64,000 bases of DNA, from positions 2,232,001-2,296,000 of the forward strand of contig JAYWIR010000018.1 of assembly GCA_036172245.1 (NCBI GenBank). Reading direction: 5' to 3'. The stretch comes from Raillietiella orientalis. Lineage: Eukaryota. The notes under the pieces were generated by a model, which saw only the letters and a list, made by a program, of their open reading frames with translations, ran no database searches and was not told the origin of the DNA. Below, one piece after another: positions 1 through 12,679 of this stretch. Positions within the stretch are counted from its first letter, which is position 1; each line of letters opens with the position of its first letter. The position numbers were made by a program, and so were the translations under genes.

Positions 1-250
1 TGGCACGAATGCAACCCACGGTTGCAATAACCGCGCCCGTCGAGAGGTCTCCCGGCGCGAAGAATCACCGCAGCACGTCTCGGGCGGTGTCCTCCTGGTG
101 CAGGAGTGCTGTTGCCAACCTCCGCCATAGTTCCTGGAGGGCACCGCAGTCCAGAAACGTGCGGGATCGACTCCGTCGACTCTGAAGTCGCCAGCGCGCG
201 CAGCGTTGCTTTCAAGCTCGGGTTAGCGGAGAGGGAACGGGATCCTCCCT
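1..250 (-). mobile_element. Degenerate non-LTR retrotransposon C-terminal zinc-knuckle (zf-RVT-like) relic
   Basis: Minus strand across frameshifts reads RCAR...ESTESIPH(V)FLDCGALQELWRRL, resembling CxxC...ExxxHxFxxC....W of L1/Tx1-type ORF2. Confidence 0.45.
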
Positions 251-1429
251 GCTGAAAAAGAGGAACCACAGAAACGTTGCCCAGCGTCCGGCCCGCGTGA
301 CTCGGAGATTTTCTGATGCTTCCCTCTGCTCCACGTCATTACCTCCCGTTTAGGGAGTGAATGGACTGAAGGTTTTTTTGTTTTTGCCTTGTTCTGTCCG
401 CTTTTCTCGAAGATTTTTTTTTTTTTAGGAAGGGTGAGATGTGAGATGTGAGGTGGTGGTAGTAAGGCGTGAGTGTGCGTGTGTTTTCTCGTCTGGAAAG
501 TGGGGCCAATCTTCTCGCCTCGCAGTTCCCTCCTCTGCCAGGAACCACACCACTCTGTTACTCAGTGCGCCGGTGGCAGCAGCAGCTCCGGTCTCCCTTC
601 CCGCAGCATCCATGCGTCTTCCTATCGTCTTTCGCGTCAAGGCTAATCATAAAACGGCGTTCATCTTGGCCGGGGGGAGGGAGGCAGGATGGGGTCAGGA
701 TCACTAGGAATCCCTACCAGTGCCTTGACTCGTCTTGCTCCCCCCCTTCCCCCATTTTCTCGCGCGGCCGGACCGTACCGAGCAAGGACTTGCACTTCGG
801 AGGGCTTCGGTCAAGCAGCCGTGCAGCATCAGAAGACGATCGCCTAAAAAAGGGGTATCAGCAGCTGGCAGAAGCGGGATCAGAGCGCAGCGACTCTTCC
901 CTTTTGCTGCTTCCTGGATTCGCGGTTGCTGCGCGTGGATGGCCGCACGGTGCGAAGCGCGCGCGCTCGGCCGTTTCTTGCTGAATCGGCAGGCCTCAGA
1001 CCGCCGTCGGCTTCCAGTAGGATGGCGACCTCTCGTCTCGCTTAGGGAACGTCATCCCCTTCCAGTGCTTCTTCGCCTCCCTTTCCCTCTTCCTTCTCCT
1101 CGGGGACGAGTGGATGCAGTTGCTAGGAGCCGAGGAACTCCCGTGAACCCTCAGAACGATCGTTTTTTCCAGATCCTCACCCACTCGGTCTTTCCGTTTT
1201 TCATGCTCGCGAGATTTCCCGCTGGAGGCGTGCCGATCGCTCCGGCCTCTGGATCTGTATCCCCCACCTCGGGGGCTCGCACGAACCGGTATGGGAACGA
1301 GTAGTGATGACGGAGATGTTGACAGGGAGAACGGATCCGAGAGGGCATCTCATTCAGAAGGATCCATTCCGGAAAGGAGCATCGTCTGGGTTAGAGACAG
1401 CTTTCCCAAATGACCCGTCTCCGAAGAAA

Positions 1430-1690
1430 CTAGCCGTTTTCGCCCGAGGAGAGGAGGTCTTGTCTTTCAAGTTTCTCCGGAAAGTGCTCCATTCCGAGAG
1501 GGGATCCTTGCTTTGCCGGGTCGCCCGACGGAGGTGCTCCGTCTCCTCCCTTACGAGACTACTCCCCTTTCCAGAACGTTCCTTCCTTTTGTGGCCCTCG
1601 CCAGTCCCCGAGACACCCTCTCCCCAACCCTGGATCTGCTCCTTGCCTTCCACGCCAGGAAGACGTTCCGAGTTCGGGCAAAAAGAGGGG
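1430..1690 (-). repeat. Possible highly diverged inverted family B copy
   Basis: ctccgtctcctccc matches the reverse complement of copy 2 exactly over 14 nt; weaker colinear blocks follow (cgttcc..ttc, acaccc, ggcaa..agagggg). Confidence 0.35.
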
Positions 1691-4600
1691 CAGTCAAGTG
1701 CGCTCTTCTGGAGAAGCCCCGTGTAGTTCACTTCCAGGATGACCCCGAGAGGGCCGTGCCGAGCTGCATCCCCGAAAGGGGAGTCGGTGAGGAAAGGTGG
1801 ACAGGAAGAGAGTCGGGGAGGTTGCGTAGTGGGATCCTGGCAGCTTGCTTCTGGGTAAAAGGAGGAGGAAGACGCTCTGGACCGGAGGAGTCCGAGCGGG
1901 GAGTGCGTTCGTCCAGAGGGGAAGGGAGACGCAAGGAGGTCGTTCACGCTCCCCTCCTCCTACTTATTGCGAAAACAGTAGAGGCCCGCGTGCATTCCCA
2001 TCCACGCCACACTTCGCGTCCCTGCCAGCTAGGGACGCGTGCGCTATCCCGTCCGTGGACGCAGGGAACTTCCCTCTGGCGGCGACCCGGCTATCGTCCG
2101 AGCGGCGCGAAACGCACGGAGGGTGCCTCAGTCCCTCATACGCCTCTGAGCCGCCGCCGTGGTTTCTCAAGCGAGCGCCGTTCGGTGTCGGACGAGGAGG
2201 AGGAGGAGGAGGAGAAGAACCCTTTCGGGAGAGGTTCTGTCAATCCCGGATTCCCGACTGGAAAGCGAAAGAGCGAGGAGTCTGTTCGATGCCTCCTCTT
2301 CCCTGCCTTTCTTGCTAGCAACCGTCCCTCCAGCTGTGGGACGCGACCTCCGCTGGCCTCGTTCCCCTTTCCCTGCCAGACCGAGCCCGCCGGCTGTTGC
2401 AGACGGAGAAAAGGGGGGGGGGGAATAGGAGGGAAGCACAAAGCGGCTCCGGTCGGTCGGGAGCTCTCCCGTCTCCCGCCCCCTCGAGTCGGCGGTCCCG
2501 CGCGGACCCGCGGTATCGATCGCTTCTGCTCCGTCAGGAGACGGGAAGCAGCCGCTTCTCTCCAACCGGCCGACTCCTCGCTGCCTCTCCGAGGCTGTGC
2601 GGGCATTCCAACCCGCTCCGAATGGCTGAGGCAGCATCCTTGCGGGCTCACCTGAATCCACCAGTGCGGCCGGGGGTGCTGCTGCCTCCGAGCATCCCAC
2701 TCGGACCTCAGAAAGGCACCAGGAAGGATCCAGAAGAGCACAGAGGTAGCAAGTTACTACCTCCAGGAACGCCCCCTCCCAGTCGGATTGAAACGCCCTC
2801 TCTCGTCTGCCGCGCGCGATTCCCGCCGCCCGGCGTTTCCTTGACGGCGGCGGCTGGAACTCCAGGAGCGGAGGTGGGAATTTCCGCTTGAGGGGGATCT
2901 TCCACTCCCCCGAGGAGGGAATACTTTCCACGGGCACCTTCTAGGGGCGTTCCTCCGGTCATCTTTCCGGATCCCAACAGAGGAAATGCAGCCGCTCCCT
3001 TCCTTCTCCCCGGTACCTTCCCGCGCTCCCCTCTTCCGCGAAAGCGCTGGACCTGCGCGCTGCTGCCTACAGATCGGGGATCCTGTGCTCCCGCCGCGCT
3101 CCCGGAGGCGGTCTTGCGGGTGCTCTCAAGGAGCTCAGTGGCCACAACTTCCGCCCTTTCTAATTCCCTCCCGGCAAGCGCCCCGAGCAGCCGCTCCTGT
3201 CCTGAGCTGCGTGCCCTCTGTGGAGCTGGGTACGGGAAGGGAAGCTGACGGGGAGCGGCAGATGAGGGAAGATGCTGGGAGGGTGGGAGGCGGCGAGGGT
3301 CCATTCGCCCCCCCCTCCCCCTACAGCCTCCGATTCCAGTCTCCGTTTAGGATCGAAAGCTCTCTGGAAGGTTGTCTGGATCTCCTGGAACTCCAATCGT
3401 GTGATTCCAAGACGATTCTTCCTGGATGACGCCTCCGGTCCTTCCGCTGAGCAGGTGCACTGCCGCGTTGCGGAACCAATGGTCACTGAGAGTGACTTTT
3501 CGGGAACCGCTCCAGGGCGTCCCGTCACCTGCGCTCTCCTTGACTGCCCCCTCCCTCAGCTTCGCCTTGCCTCCACCGTGGGCGCTCTCTCTTATAGCTG
3601 GAGTCAGGCAGGGAACGCGAGTAGCTCCCTCGGAGAGTCGGGCACCCAACCTCTTCGAGAGTGCGTGGCTGGTCCCGCCGGCAGATGGGAGGGGCTCCAT
3701 TCCTCGCTCCCATTGATTTTTCGAATCTCCTGAGAGTCCCCAAGTTCCGGATGTTGCGGCCGCTTTTCATTTGCGTCGAGGTTTCGGCCTCTCCGAGGAT
3801 CTGGGAGAGGGAAGGGGGAAGGGGAAGCAAACCTGCTGCGCGCGCCGCTCCTCCTCCTTTTGATCGCCAGTTCGCTGTGGCCCATCTCCAGCACCTACCG
3901 CCAGTCTCCGAAGCTTCCTTGAAAGGCCGCCGTTTGGTCACGGTCGCCTGCGGAACACGCGGAGCGGTGGCGCTCTCCATCTTGGAAGCCTGCCGCTTCG
4001 TTGCTCAGGGAAGACCTTGAGGAGTGGCGCCTTCCGCATCGTTCCCCCGCTTCCTTCTTTTCCCGCCCCGCTATCGGGAGTCGCTGTCGACGGGTCCCTT
4101 GGATGTCGATTTCAAATCGGGACGTTCGGGGCAGAGCGAGCTCGAGTAATTGGTACATGACCTATCTGTTTCTGGGATCCACGTCCCCCATCCCGCTCGA
4201 GCAGTTTACCCTTTTCCCGAACGGCTCTATCTGGGCCCGAAAACGCTCCTCGGATGCGTTCCGGTTTTATGCTCCTTTGTCTTCGGCCGGGATGATGGAA
4301 AGCAGCAGTACTGAGCCATCAGCTGAAACAAGCGGATAGGCGCACGCCGGAGCGCGTTGCCTCCTTCTCGAAGATTCTTCGATCGTGACGAAAAGCGGGC
4401 CCCCTCCGCCACAGATTCCTCCTCTGGTCGGCATCTCGCGCATCCGACTGGGCGCCCCGAACGCACTCGTGCGAAGCGCGCCATTCTCCAGAACGTTCAC
4501 CTGTTCCTGTTCGAGCAGGGTCAGTTTGTCCCTGTGCATTGGGGCGGGACGGCCTTCTTCTCCTCCTCCTCCTTTAGAAAAAAACATTCTTTTTTTTTGC

Positions 4601-6704
4601 TTCTTCTTCTCTCTCTCCCTCTCGTTGTTTTCCGATTTGCTTTTCTTACAAGCTGCGAAACCAGGAGCGTCCTCTACTCTCATCTAGCGAGCTTGCTGGT
4701 CCACGGTAATCTGCGAGAGTGCAATGGTGACAGTGGTAACATCAGCAACAGGCACCTGTCATTTCTCGGGCAGCGTCTCCGTCGCTTCCTTCCGGGAGAG
4801 CCGGGCATCCCGGCTCACTTCGCAGGTGAACGGTGCTTTCTCCGTTCCGAGGCCATCGCTTAGCGAGCCTCAGCGGTCGGACTTCCGGTAGCTCCTTTCA
4901 TTTCGCCCAGTGTCGCTTTTCCCAAGTGCTGCCCTCCATCTTTGAACTTTTGCGGTGGCGCCATCTCCTTACGTGATGCTGGAATGGTACTCAAGGCAGC
5001 CAGGGTTTCCTGTGATAGACATCCCCATCTCAGTGATGTTTCTTTCGCAAGCGGTTACGTTCCCTGGCGAGGTCGCGCTGAAGTTTCTTTAGCCTTGCAT
5101 GTTCCAGGTGCGGTGTATCCAAGAGCAATGGCGATCCTGAGTCGTATCCTGGAGCACTTACGATACAAGGAAAGGATTTTTTAGCATCACGGAATGCTAT
5201 TACTATGGAAAGGTCTTTCTCACCGGTTTCAGGCGTCATGAAGAACGGAGAGTTTTTCGAGAGCATAGTAGATGATCAGGACGTAGTGGAGTCGCCCTCC
5301 GGTTCTAGCGATTTTTAGGGACTCAGGGTTTGGAAAGTTATTCCCAAAGGGCCGTCGATCCACACCCTCGCAGTCAAAGTCATCTTTCACGTTGGAAAAG
5401 AGTAGTCTTTTCCATGCGGGAATGTGCAGAGTTGAAGAAGTTTGCAGATTCTTTTTTTTTTTTTTTTCGGAAAACTCAGTTGGATTTCCAGAAGAAACTT
5501 CATCCAGAAGACGCAAGCGCACCATCTGAAGGTGCGGCCGCCCGTCCTTCGCCCACCCGTTCGTCCCGTTGGTGAGACAAGACAAAGAGTGCTCTTTCCA
5601 ACGACATGCTCCGCTAGGATGTGGAGGGCTCCATTGGATGGCGAGGACGGCCGCAAGCAGAGCACTCCTGAAAGAGTCCACAGCAGACTTTGACGGGCCG
5701 GAGAGCATCACTCAGACCGCATCGTCCGAGGAAGATAACCAGGAAGCGGAGCATCCATGGAGGATTCCTGCATTGCGAAGCACATTTCGGATTGGGCGTG
5801 ACGACTTCCTTAGCACGCAGCATCCACCGAGTAGCGTTCACGTGCACACATGCCGACTGCATCGGGAAAACACTTTGTATTCGATCAGAGATTTATTTTC
5901 CTGGTACGCAAATTCCCGATCCCTCGGCTGAAAATGGCTGAAACGCGATAACTCAGGGGACTGTGTGTTCGAGGTAACTGGTTTGGAAGTTATGGCTCCT
6001 GTAAATCATCAAGCGTTTCCGCCTGTATGAAATAACCGTCTTCACTGCTCAATAGCTCCTTGTAAAATTGAACCGGATCTGCGTCCACGGCGATCCCGAA
6101 TCTCCTCCAAGAATCATGGAGACCCATTCTTTTCTTTCCTTCTTTTTTTTCTTTCCTCGCTTGCACCGAAAATTTCATCCATGGCAAAGGATCCGCAATA
6201 CCGACGCTGCTCCTGGAGAGTAGTCCGGGCGAACCTCGTTCCTTTGGAACAGGAAGCACATTCCGGATGTCTCGTGAAGGCTCGATTGCTGCTCATTCCC
6301 AGTTAATGAATTTTGATCAATCCACTTTGCAAGAGGAAATTCTGAACTCGTCGCATCCTTGGTCGTTTGGGGAAAAAGTGGGAGCGTAAAATCTCGTTCG
6401 AAAAAAATGACAGGAGGCGGAGCAGTAAAACAGCAGTTGGACATCAGCATGCGGACGACAGCCGATTTCCATTTGACGCGCTCGCCTTCTGCTGCACAGC
6501 TTCTGGGACCCCCCAGAAGTCGTGTGGCAGCAGCTCTTTCCACTTCCGTCCACAGTAACTCGGATCCGAAAGAAGGACGGAAAAAAAATTCAATTAAAAA
6601 ATTGGACACCGAAAAGTTTCCCATGCTCTATCCTGGGAGCTAAAGATTACGTCAGTAAACCGATTTTATTTTTATTTTTTTGACAACTGGGAGGGAACCA
6701 TGCA

Positions 6705-7183
6705 GGAAACCCTCGCCCTGGTTGTCTCCGAAAGGAAACCTCTTCCGTGTTCTCTCCAGAGGGACCCTTCGGTATCTCCCGATTTCTTTTCCCGAGGGAA
6801 CCGCACCTTGTTTCCTCCTCTGAAGAGAGCCCCCCGAAGGAAAGCTTCATACTTTCTCCGAAGGGCGTTCCCTGAAGGGAGGGCGGCGCGCTTTTTGCAC
6901 TCCGGAGAGGGGTGGTTGATACCACCCTCCATCCCTCCATGGTACGCACCGGGGCTCCTTGAACCCTTGAAGGACCCATAGAGGTCTACTTCTAATCCCG
7001 GCTAGTCGATGGGGGCGTCGGACTTTTTGCTGCACCGAAGGTCTGCAGGCCAACCAGCGTCATCCTGCAGGGAAACGCGAGACCCACGACGTACCCATCT
7101 CTCAGAGTCGATCCTTCCTTTGCTGGGATTCGAACCCGCATCACGTGGTACTGTGCGCGCAGACCACAGCCACATGGCTGCCA
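6705..7183 (-). mobile_element. Family A SINE-like element, copy 1 (lacks tail end)
   Basis: Colinear with copies at ~9510, ~44330 and ~59780; Pol III B-box-like GGGTTCGAATCCC on minus strand at 7125-7137. Boundaries approximate. Confidence 0.75.
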
Positions 7184-8899
7184 GCGAAGGAAGATGATTT
7201 TATAGGGCTTCCTACTTCCCGCATCGTCATGTCAGTGTCAAGCCTAGCGGCAGTAGAAATTTTCGTAACAACCTGCAAAAACAATCAGAACAATCAATTC
7301 GAAAAGACGCAAGAGGGCATAGAAGGATAAAAGAGATGTCTATCCCAAAATACTTGTTTTTTTGTTTTTGGAAAGTTAGGTTCTTTAGTGGGAATCCCAT
7401 CCCTCGGTTCGGGAATTGTCATCGTCGTGACGCATTACAGCCGCCTCCATTTAACGCACCTGTCATCGCATTCGTTCGCATTCCCGAGAACGGCCTTGTT
7501 CTTCCACGCAGGCACCCATCCCCATTCTCCCCAGCAATGTACCTTTACGTTTGCGTGCATTCTCACGAAAGAACATCGCAGCCTCATTACGTGACCAACC
7601 ACTCTTCACCCATCTGTGAAATAAAATAGGGCAATGCAAGATGTTTTTTTTTGCCTTGCAAAGGTGAAATCGTAGAAAATAGCGCATCCCTTGGACAAAT
7701 CGGATTGGGAGCTCGGGCAATTAGCATTAAGCTTCGAGTTTTCCTTCCTTCTGTTCGCTAACATGTTGCAAAAAGGCCTTTGTGAAACAAGAAGTACACT
7801 CTATTATTGCTGCCCTCCAGACACTATCCTCTAAAGTTGGTTCCTATGGAAGGAAAGCTTCCCGAAGTTTGAACGGAAAGAACGGGAATAGAGGAATGGA
7901 AGTTTGATTACTTGCTTCAGCAACGCAGCGAGGTCGCCATCATAAAGCTCGCTACGAGGAAGAAGAAAAGAGGAAGAAAAAGATAGCGTGCTTGGGAAAT
8001 CAAAGGAAACACAGAGCACTCTGAAGATGAAACTTCCGGCTCGAATGCGAGTTGCTGGATTTCGCCGAGGCAATTCGCGCCCATGCATCCCCGCAGGAAA
8101 GAGCGAAGCGTAAGGTGAGGAACCAAAAACGTTCCGGAGATAGGGGATCAGTGTTGCCAGATCATTCGTTCTTTGCGGAAGCGCAGTCCTTTGCGTTGGA
8201 AACTTCCCATGTTCAAGGTTCCAACTGACTTATCTCACAGTAAACCCTGTCCAGAATTCCAACAAATAAGTGGATTATAGCATTTCTACCCTGTATTCTC
8301 TAAGAAGCTTTTGGTAACAAAATTGCATTTTCTTCTATTGTGCTGGAACTTTGGAGCTGGAAAGGTAAATCTCGCAAAGCCTAATCGAATGGACAGACTT
8401 GTGAGCTTTTCCGCTTCTCTCCGCTCTGATTTCACTTCCTCTACGCATTAATCATGCAGCACGCACAAAGCGTGCCACAGGGTCTCACCTGTTACCTACA
8501 CTGTTTATGAAAACTAACGATGCAGTGTGGGATACAAACGCGAGAGTACACACCATGCAGACTCGTCTGTTTCCGAAATGAAATAACCTCCTGATGCATC
8601 CTTCCATCTATCATTTACTTGGTAATTCCTTGATTCCAAGTTGTACGCTCTTTCCGTAGCCGGCAATGCAAAGCCAATCGTAAAAAAGCGCAGTTGTACA
8701 ACGCCATTCGTAGAAAAAAAAAAAAAAAAAAATGGGCTACTGTTGTTATAACAAGGAGAACTGAACTAAACAGCAACGTTGCATTCAGGCCTCAAATTCA
8801 ATTACAATCAGCTAATTTCAAGAGCAGCTGGTTCAGTCTCGCCAAGGCGAGGCTTTTAGGGAAACGCAGGGAATCTGCCTAACTGAAACGGACTGACTG

Positions 8900-9420
8900 T
8901 GTCCGAAGGACAGGCCGTGTACCACACGTCGATGACACCTGCGAGCGTGGTGGGTAACACCTCGCACCTTGAGGACCATGGATCATAAGCCACGGAAGGA
9001 AAGATGCGGCCTTCTTCAGATGAGGCACGCATGATGCAGGCGTTAGGGGTCGACGCCTGTCTGGAGATTTAACGCGGTGCCTACGAGCCAAGCAAGTGAT
9101 GCATGCAAGCTGGAGACAAACCAACGAATGGTCCGCAATCCTGCAGAAGAGAAGGGTGGAGCGTGAACGGCCCAAAGGGCAGTGAATGGTTGCGATCGTC
9201 GTAAGGTTCATCTCGGAGAAGAAGCACATGCAGCAGATTTGAACGGGAAGCCATCGCATGCTCTGGGCCTGCAGTCCAACAAGAAATCGTGTAATGCCAC
9301 AATCGGTGCGGTTGTTCGAAGCAGAGGAGACCTCATGTAAGACTCTCGAGCTATTTGTGGGAACATTCGTCTCAAGAAAAAACACACTCAGGGATGGCTT
9401 CCCCATTGCAAAACATGCAA
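8900..9420 (-). mobile_element. Possible LINE APE endonuclease relic
   Basis: Minus ORF contains IADHSLVCLQL (SDH-like) followed downstream by a PWL linker-like motif. Confidence 0.3.
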
Positions 9421-9509
9421 TTGGAGACAGAAGGGAAACTCACCTAAGAAAACATTGGGGTGTCAATGAAGATTTGGGATGAAGGTTCCAGGATGATGGA
9501 AATCCTTCT

Positions 9510-10273
9510 GGGTTCTTCTGATTCGCTGTTTTTCTTCCAGCTCTTCTTTCTTTCTTTTTCGGTTCTCCAAGTGCTGAAGAACCGTTCGCGTAGGAGCTCG
9601 CGAGGCCCTTTAGCACTGTTTCACTCTCCCCGAGGTTCCTCAAGTTTGGGGGGGCTCACCTTTTGAATTCAAGGACGAAGGAGTCTGGGGAAGGGCAGGG
9701 AACCTCCCCCTGGTTGTCTCCGGAGGGACCACCCGGAAACATTCGTTCCTCATTTTCTTCGCCGAAGGGAATCCGAAAAGGATGCGCTCCTGGAACTTCT
9801 CCTCCGGAAGGAAAGAACCCGCAAAGGAACCGCGTTCGAACCTCCTGATTCTTCCTCTGAAGAGAACCGCGAACGGACGCTTCCCGATTTCTGTGAAGGA
9901 CGTTCTCCGAAGGGAGGGTGGCGGCGCGCTTCTTGCGCTCAGGAGCGGAATAGGCCAGCTCCATGGCACGCGAAGGGGGGTCACCCCTGGGGGGTTGACG
10001 GCTCCATTTCCACGGCCGGAGGGGAACCCCGAAGGGCTCCTTGATGCCCTGGAAGAACGGTGGAGGGTCCACTTCCAATCCCGACCGGTCAACGAGGGCT
10101 TCCCGGCTTGCACCAGTGCCGCCCTCCGAAACCTATAGGACAACCAGCGCCATCTTGAGGGGGAAATCGAAACCCACGACACGCACTCCATTTCTTCACG
10201 TTTCCCCCTGGTGGGATTCGAACCCGCAATGCTCGGCGCTTCACGCGCGGAGACCGCAGCCACACGGTCGCCA
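9510..10273 (-). mobile_element. Family A SINE-like element, copy 2 (near full length)
   Basis: Minus-strand head GGCGACCGTGTGGCTGCGG...GCGGGTTCGAATCCCACC (B box 10213-10225), internal degenerate tandem units, A-rich tail at ~9530-9560. Confidence 0.8.
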
Positions 10274-10873
10274 AACGCGGACTTCTGTGAGAGATCTGAA
10301 AGTTTCCGCAACGAAAGATGATTTCCCGTCCCGTGGAATGGACCTTGGTTAAAAAGTGAATCCATTTGCTTCGCGACCATCAACATACACGGAGGAGCTT
10401 GCATCTGTGGTCGCTTCTTTTCAAGCATGCTCCCTCATGCCACCTGTCCTGACAGGGTATTTGTCCTCCTGACTCGATGACGTAAATCACATCTTGTTGC
10501 CGAAGGATCGGAAAGGTTCACAAAACTCCTATTCCTTTGATGTCTCTCACGAGATCTCTCGCGTTCTTCATCTGCGTGCCTTCACCTGTGCGGAGTGTCG
10601 AGAGCAAGGAGGTGTGTTCTCTGCAGACGGAAGGTGGGGCCGATCTCGAGCTCCAGGATCTGTGCGAATTCCGTGTGAACACGAAACACAAAAGAGTTTC
10701 TGCCGAACTGCCGCGCACTGCAGCTGACGCCGTTCGACGCCATTGGCATGATAAATGCAAGCTCCGGACCGGATTTTCATCCTCGGGAAAAATCGGTTGC
10801 CGATCTTAACAATGCTCCTGTGAATACGAAAAGCAGTTTCTCTTATTTGCTCAGAAGATGTTTTCATTTCCAG

Positions 10874-11014
10874 TGTGATGCAGCGGTGGGAATGAAGGTG
10901 TTCCTGGACATGATGCATTCCTCCCCTCCCAACAAAGTCATGCTCTTCGGGGCTGCATGTACCCTGGTCACAGATCCAATCGCCAAGGCTGCTACGTTTT
11001 GGAATCTCACACAA
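10874..11014 (+). CDS. GABA-B-R2: GABA-B R2 exon (VFT): CDAAVGMKVFLDMMHSSPPNKVMLFGAACTLVTDPIAKAATFWNLTQ
   Basis: tttccag|TGT ... CAA|gtatgc, 141 nt; KVMLFGAACTxVTDPIAKA is characteristic of arthropod GABA-B R2. Confidence 0.95.
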
Positions 11015-12679
11015 GTATGCAAAAATCCTCTCAGACTGGGCGGGGCGAGCAGACAGGAGAGCAGCGCCTCTTGAAATGAGCAGATCGTTGCGTTTTTCTT
11101 GACATTCTTGTCCGAAAGGGAATCGCTGGTTGCGGGGCGCTTCCTCATAGTTGGTTTCGTGAGTCTTGAAGTCTCCATAGATCCCGTTGCTGGAAGACGC
11201 GGCTGCTGAAAACATTGGTTTCTTTTTTGTTTCCAAAAGGCGCCGTTCCGAGGGATCCTCCTCGGAGCTTTCAGTCATTCTGCCAAGTTCCAGTCCCGAC
11301 ACGCAGCCTCGGCAGCCTGATGCGGCTACGGCACTTACTTGCTGTGGATGCGCGGAGGAGCCTTGTTGCCCCGGGCTCCCGTGCCAAATTCTGGAAGTTC
11401 CTCCGATTACCTTAGAACGAGAGAGACTGCAGGTGATGAAGCATCGGGTTCTGCACCGACTCCCGCGTGATCAGGATGAGTCATCGAGAAAAAAATACAG
11501 GCGGATGCTTTTCTCTCTGTTTGATCAGGGTCTGTGGCACGAGAGATGCTCGTTACGTTGGAAGGGAGCGCGCGCGAGAGAGAGGCGAAGAAACTGTGAA
11601 ATCGCAAGATTTCGAAGAGTGCAAAAACGGTTTTAAACCGAACAAGAAGTCGTGAATTATGCATGGAACGGCAGGCAGATGGGGCTGTCCTTCCCAGTCG
11701 ACCGCTTTAAAGATGGCGCAGGGATGCCTGGCATACTGATGCGGCGCCGAAGCTGGGAAGATAAACCCCTCGGACCCACGGCGAATTCCGAGAAGTATTC
11801 CGGGATTTTTGACGATGGTTCCCCTGAGCTTCTGCCTTTTCCGAACCGGCGTGGGTCGGTAGGTTGCGGCCTGTACAAAACGGAAGCACCCGCGTACGTT
11901 CTGCATCGAGAACTTCCAGCTACTGATGAGTCGGAGGCTGCTTCCCGTACTGAGCTTTTTGTCGGTTCCTTCAAATCGCAAACGTTTCGAGAGAAAATTT
12001 TCTCCGCCGTCGTCGGATCTGACCTCAGTTTCCGATCTCGTGTCGTGAAATCGATGACTCTATCGGGTTCCATAAGAACCCGCCGCAGGCAAAACACGCA
12101 CACAAATCAAATCAGAACAAATAAACAAACAGGGAAAGGTTTAAGAACACAGGGTTTCCAAGAGCTTGAGGGAAGCCAAAAGGCAGTGATGCCTGCAAAT
12201 AAGAAGCTGCCCATCAAGATGACGGACAAAGAGGATTGGGATTCCGAGGGTGATGGCGCAGCGCTGATCGAGAAGAAAGGATGAGATTCTAAAAATTTTT
12301 CCATCTCGAGAGTGGTTTTCCAGCAGGGCTCGAAGAATAACTCTCTGGATTTCTAATTAATACTTTACCCTATTTAGGAAATGGGATGGGAACTTGAGCG
12401 TACGGCTTGAATGACGAGTAAGCCGTCTGCAGAATCAAGCTAGGAAGTGGTAGAGATGCGGGCTAAGAGACGCTACCAAACCCGAACCTTCTGAACTGGG
12501 TTTTCTTGATGAACGAAAATTCTGGGAGAAAAAGCGCGATCCCCAAAGGATTCTTTCCTGAGAGCTGTGGCAAGGATAATTCTGGTGATCGGACAAGGAG
12601 GCCCGATCGGGTATTCCTCACTCGGAGAAGGCGATCGAAACCGGGGCTGCAGCTAGAATCCAAGAGCCTGCCGGAAACC

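Noticed and set aside
441..4863. Many long overlapping ORFs (up to 380 aa) on both strands
   Set aside because: R/P/S/G-rich translations with no recognisable domain; expected from GC-rich, stop-poor DNA.
7120..7183. tRNA gene suggested by GGTTCGAATCC (also 10213 and 60510)
   Set aside because: No convincing acceptor or anticodon stems, copies are diverged, and each is attached to a long repeat body; treated as SINE heads.
1..10873. N-terminal GABA-B R2 exon (signal peptide, ...WNDT)
   Set aside because: I could not find a matching segment with splice sites; it is probably upstream of the window, though I may have missed it by eye.
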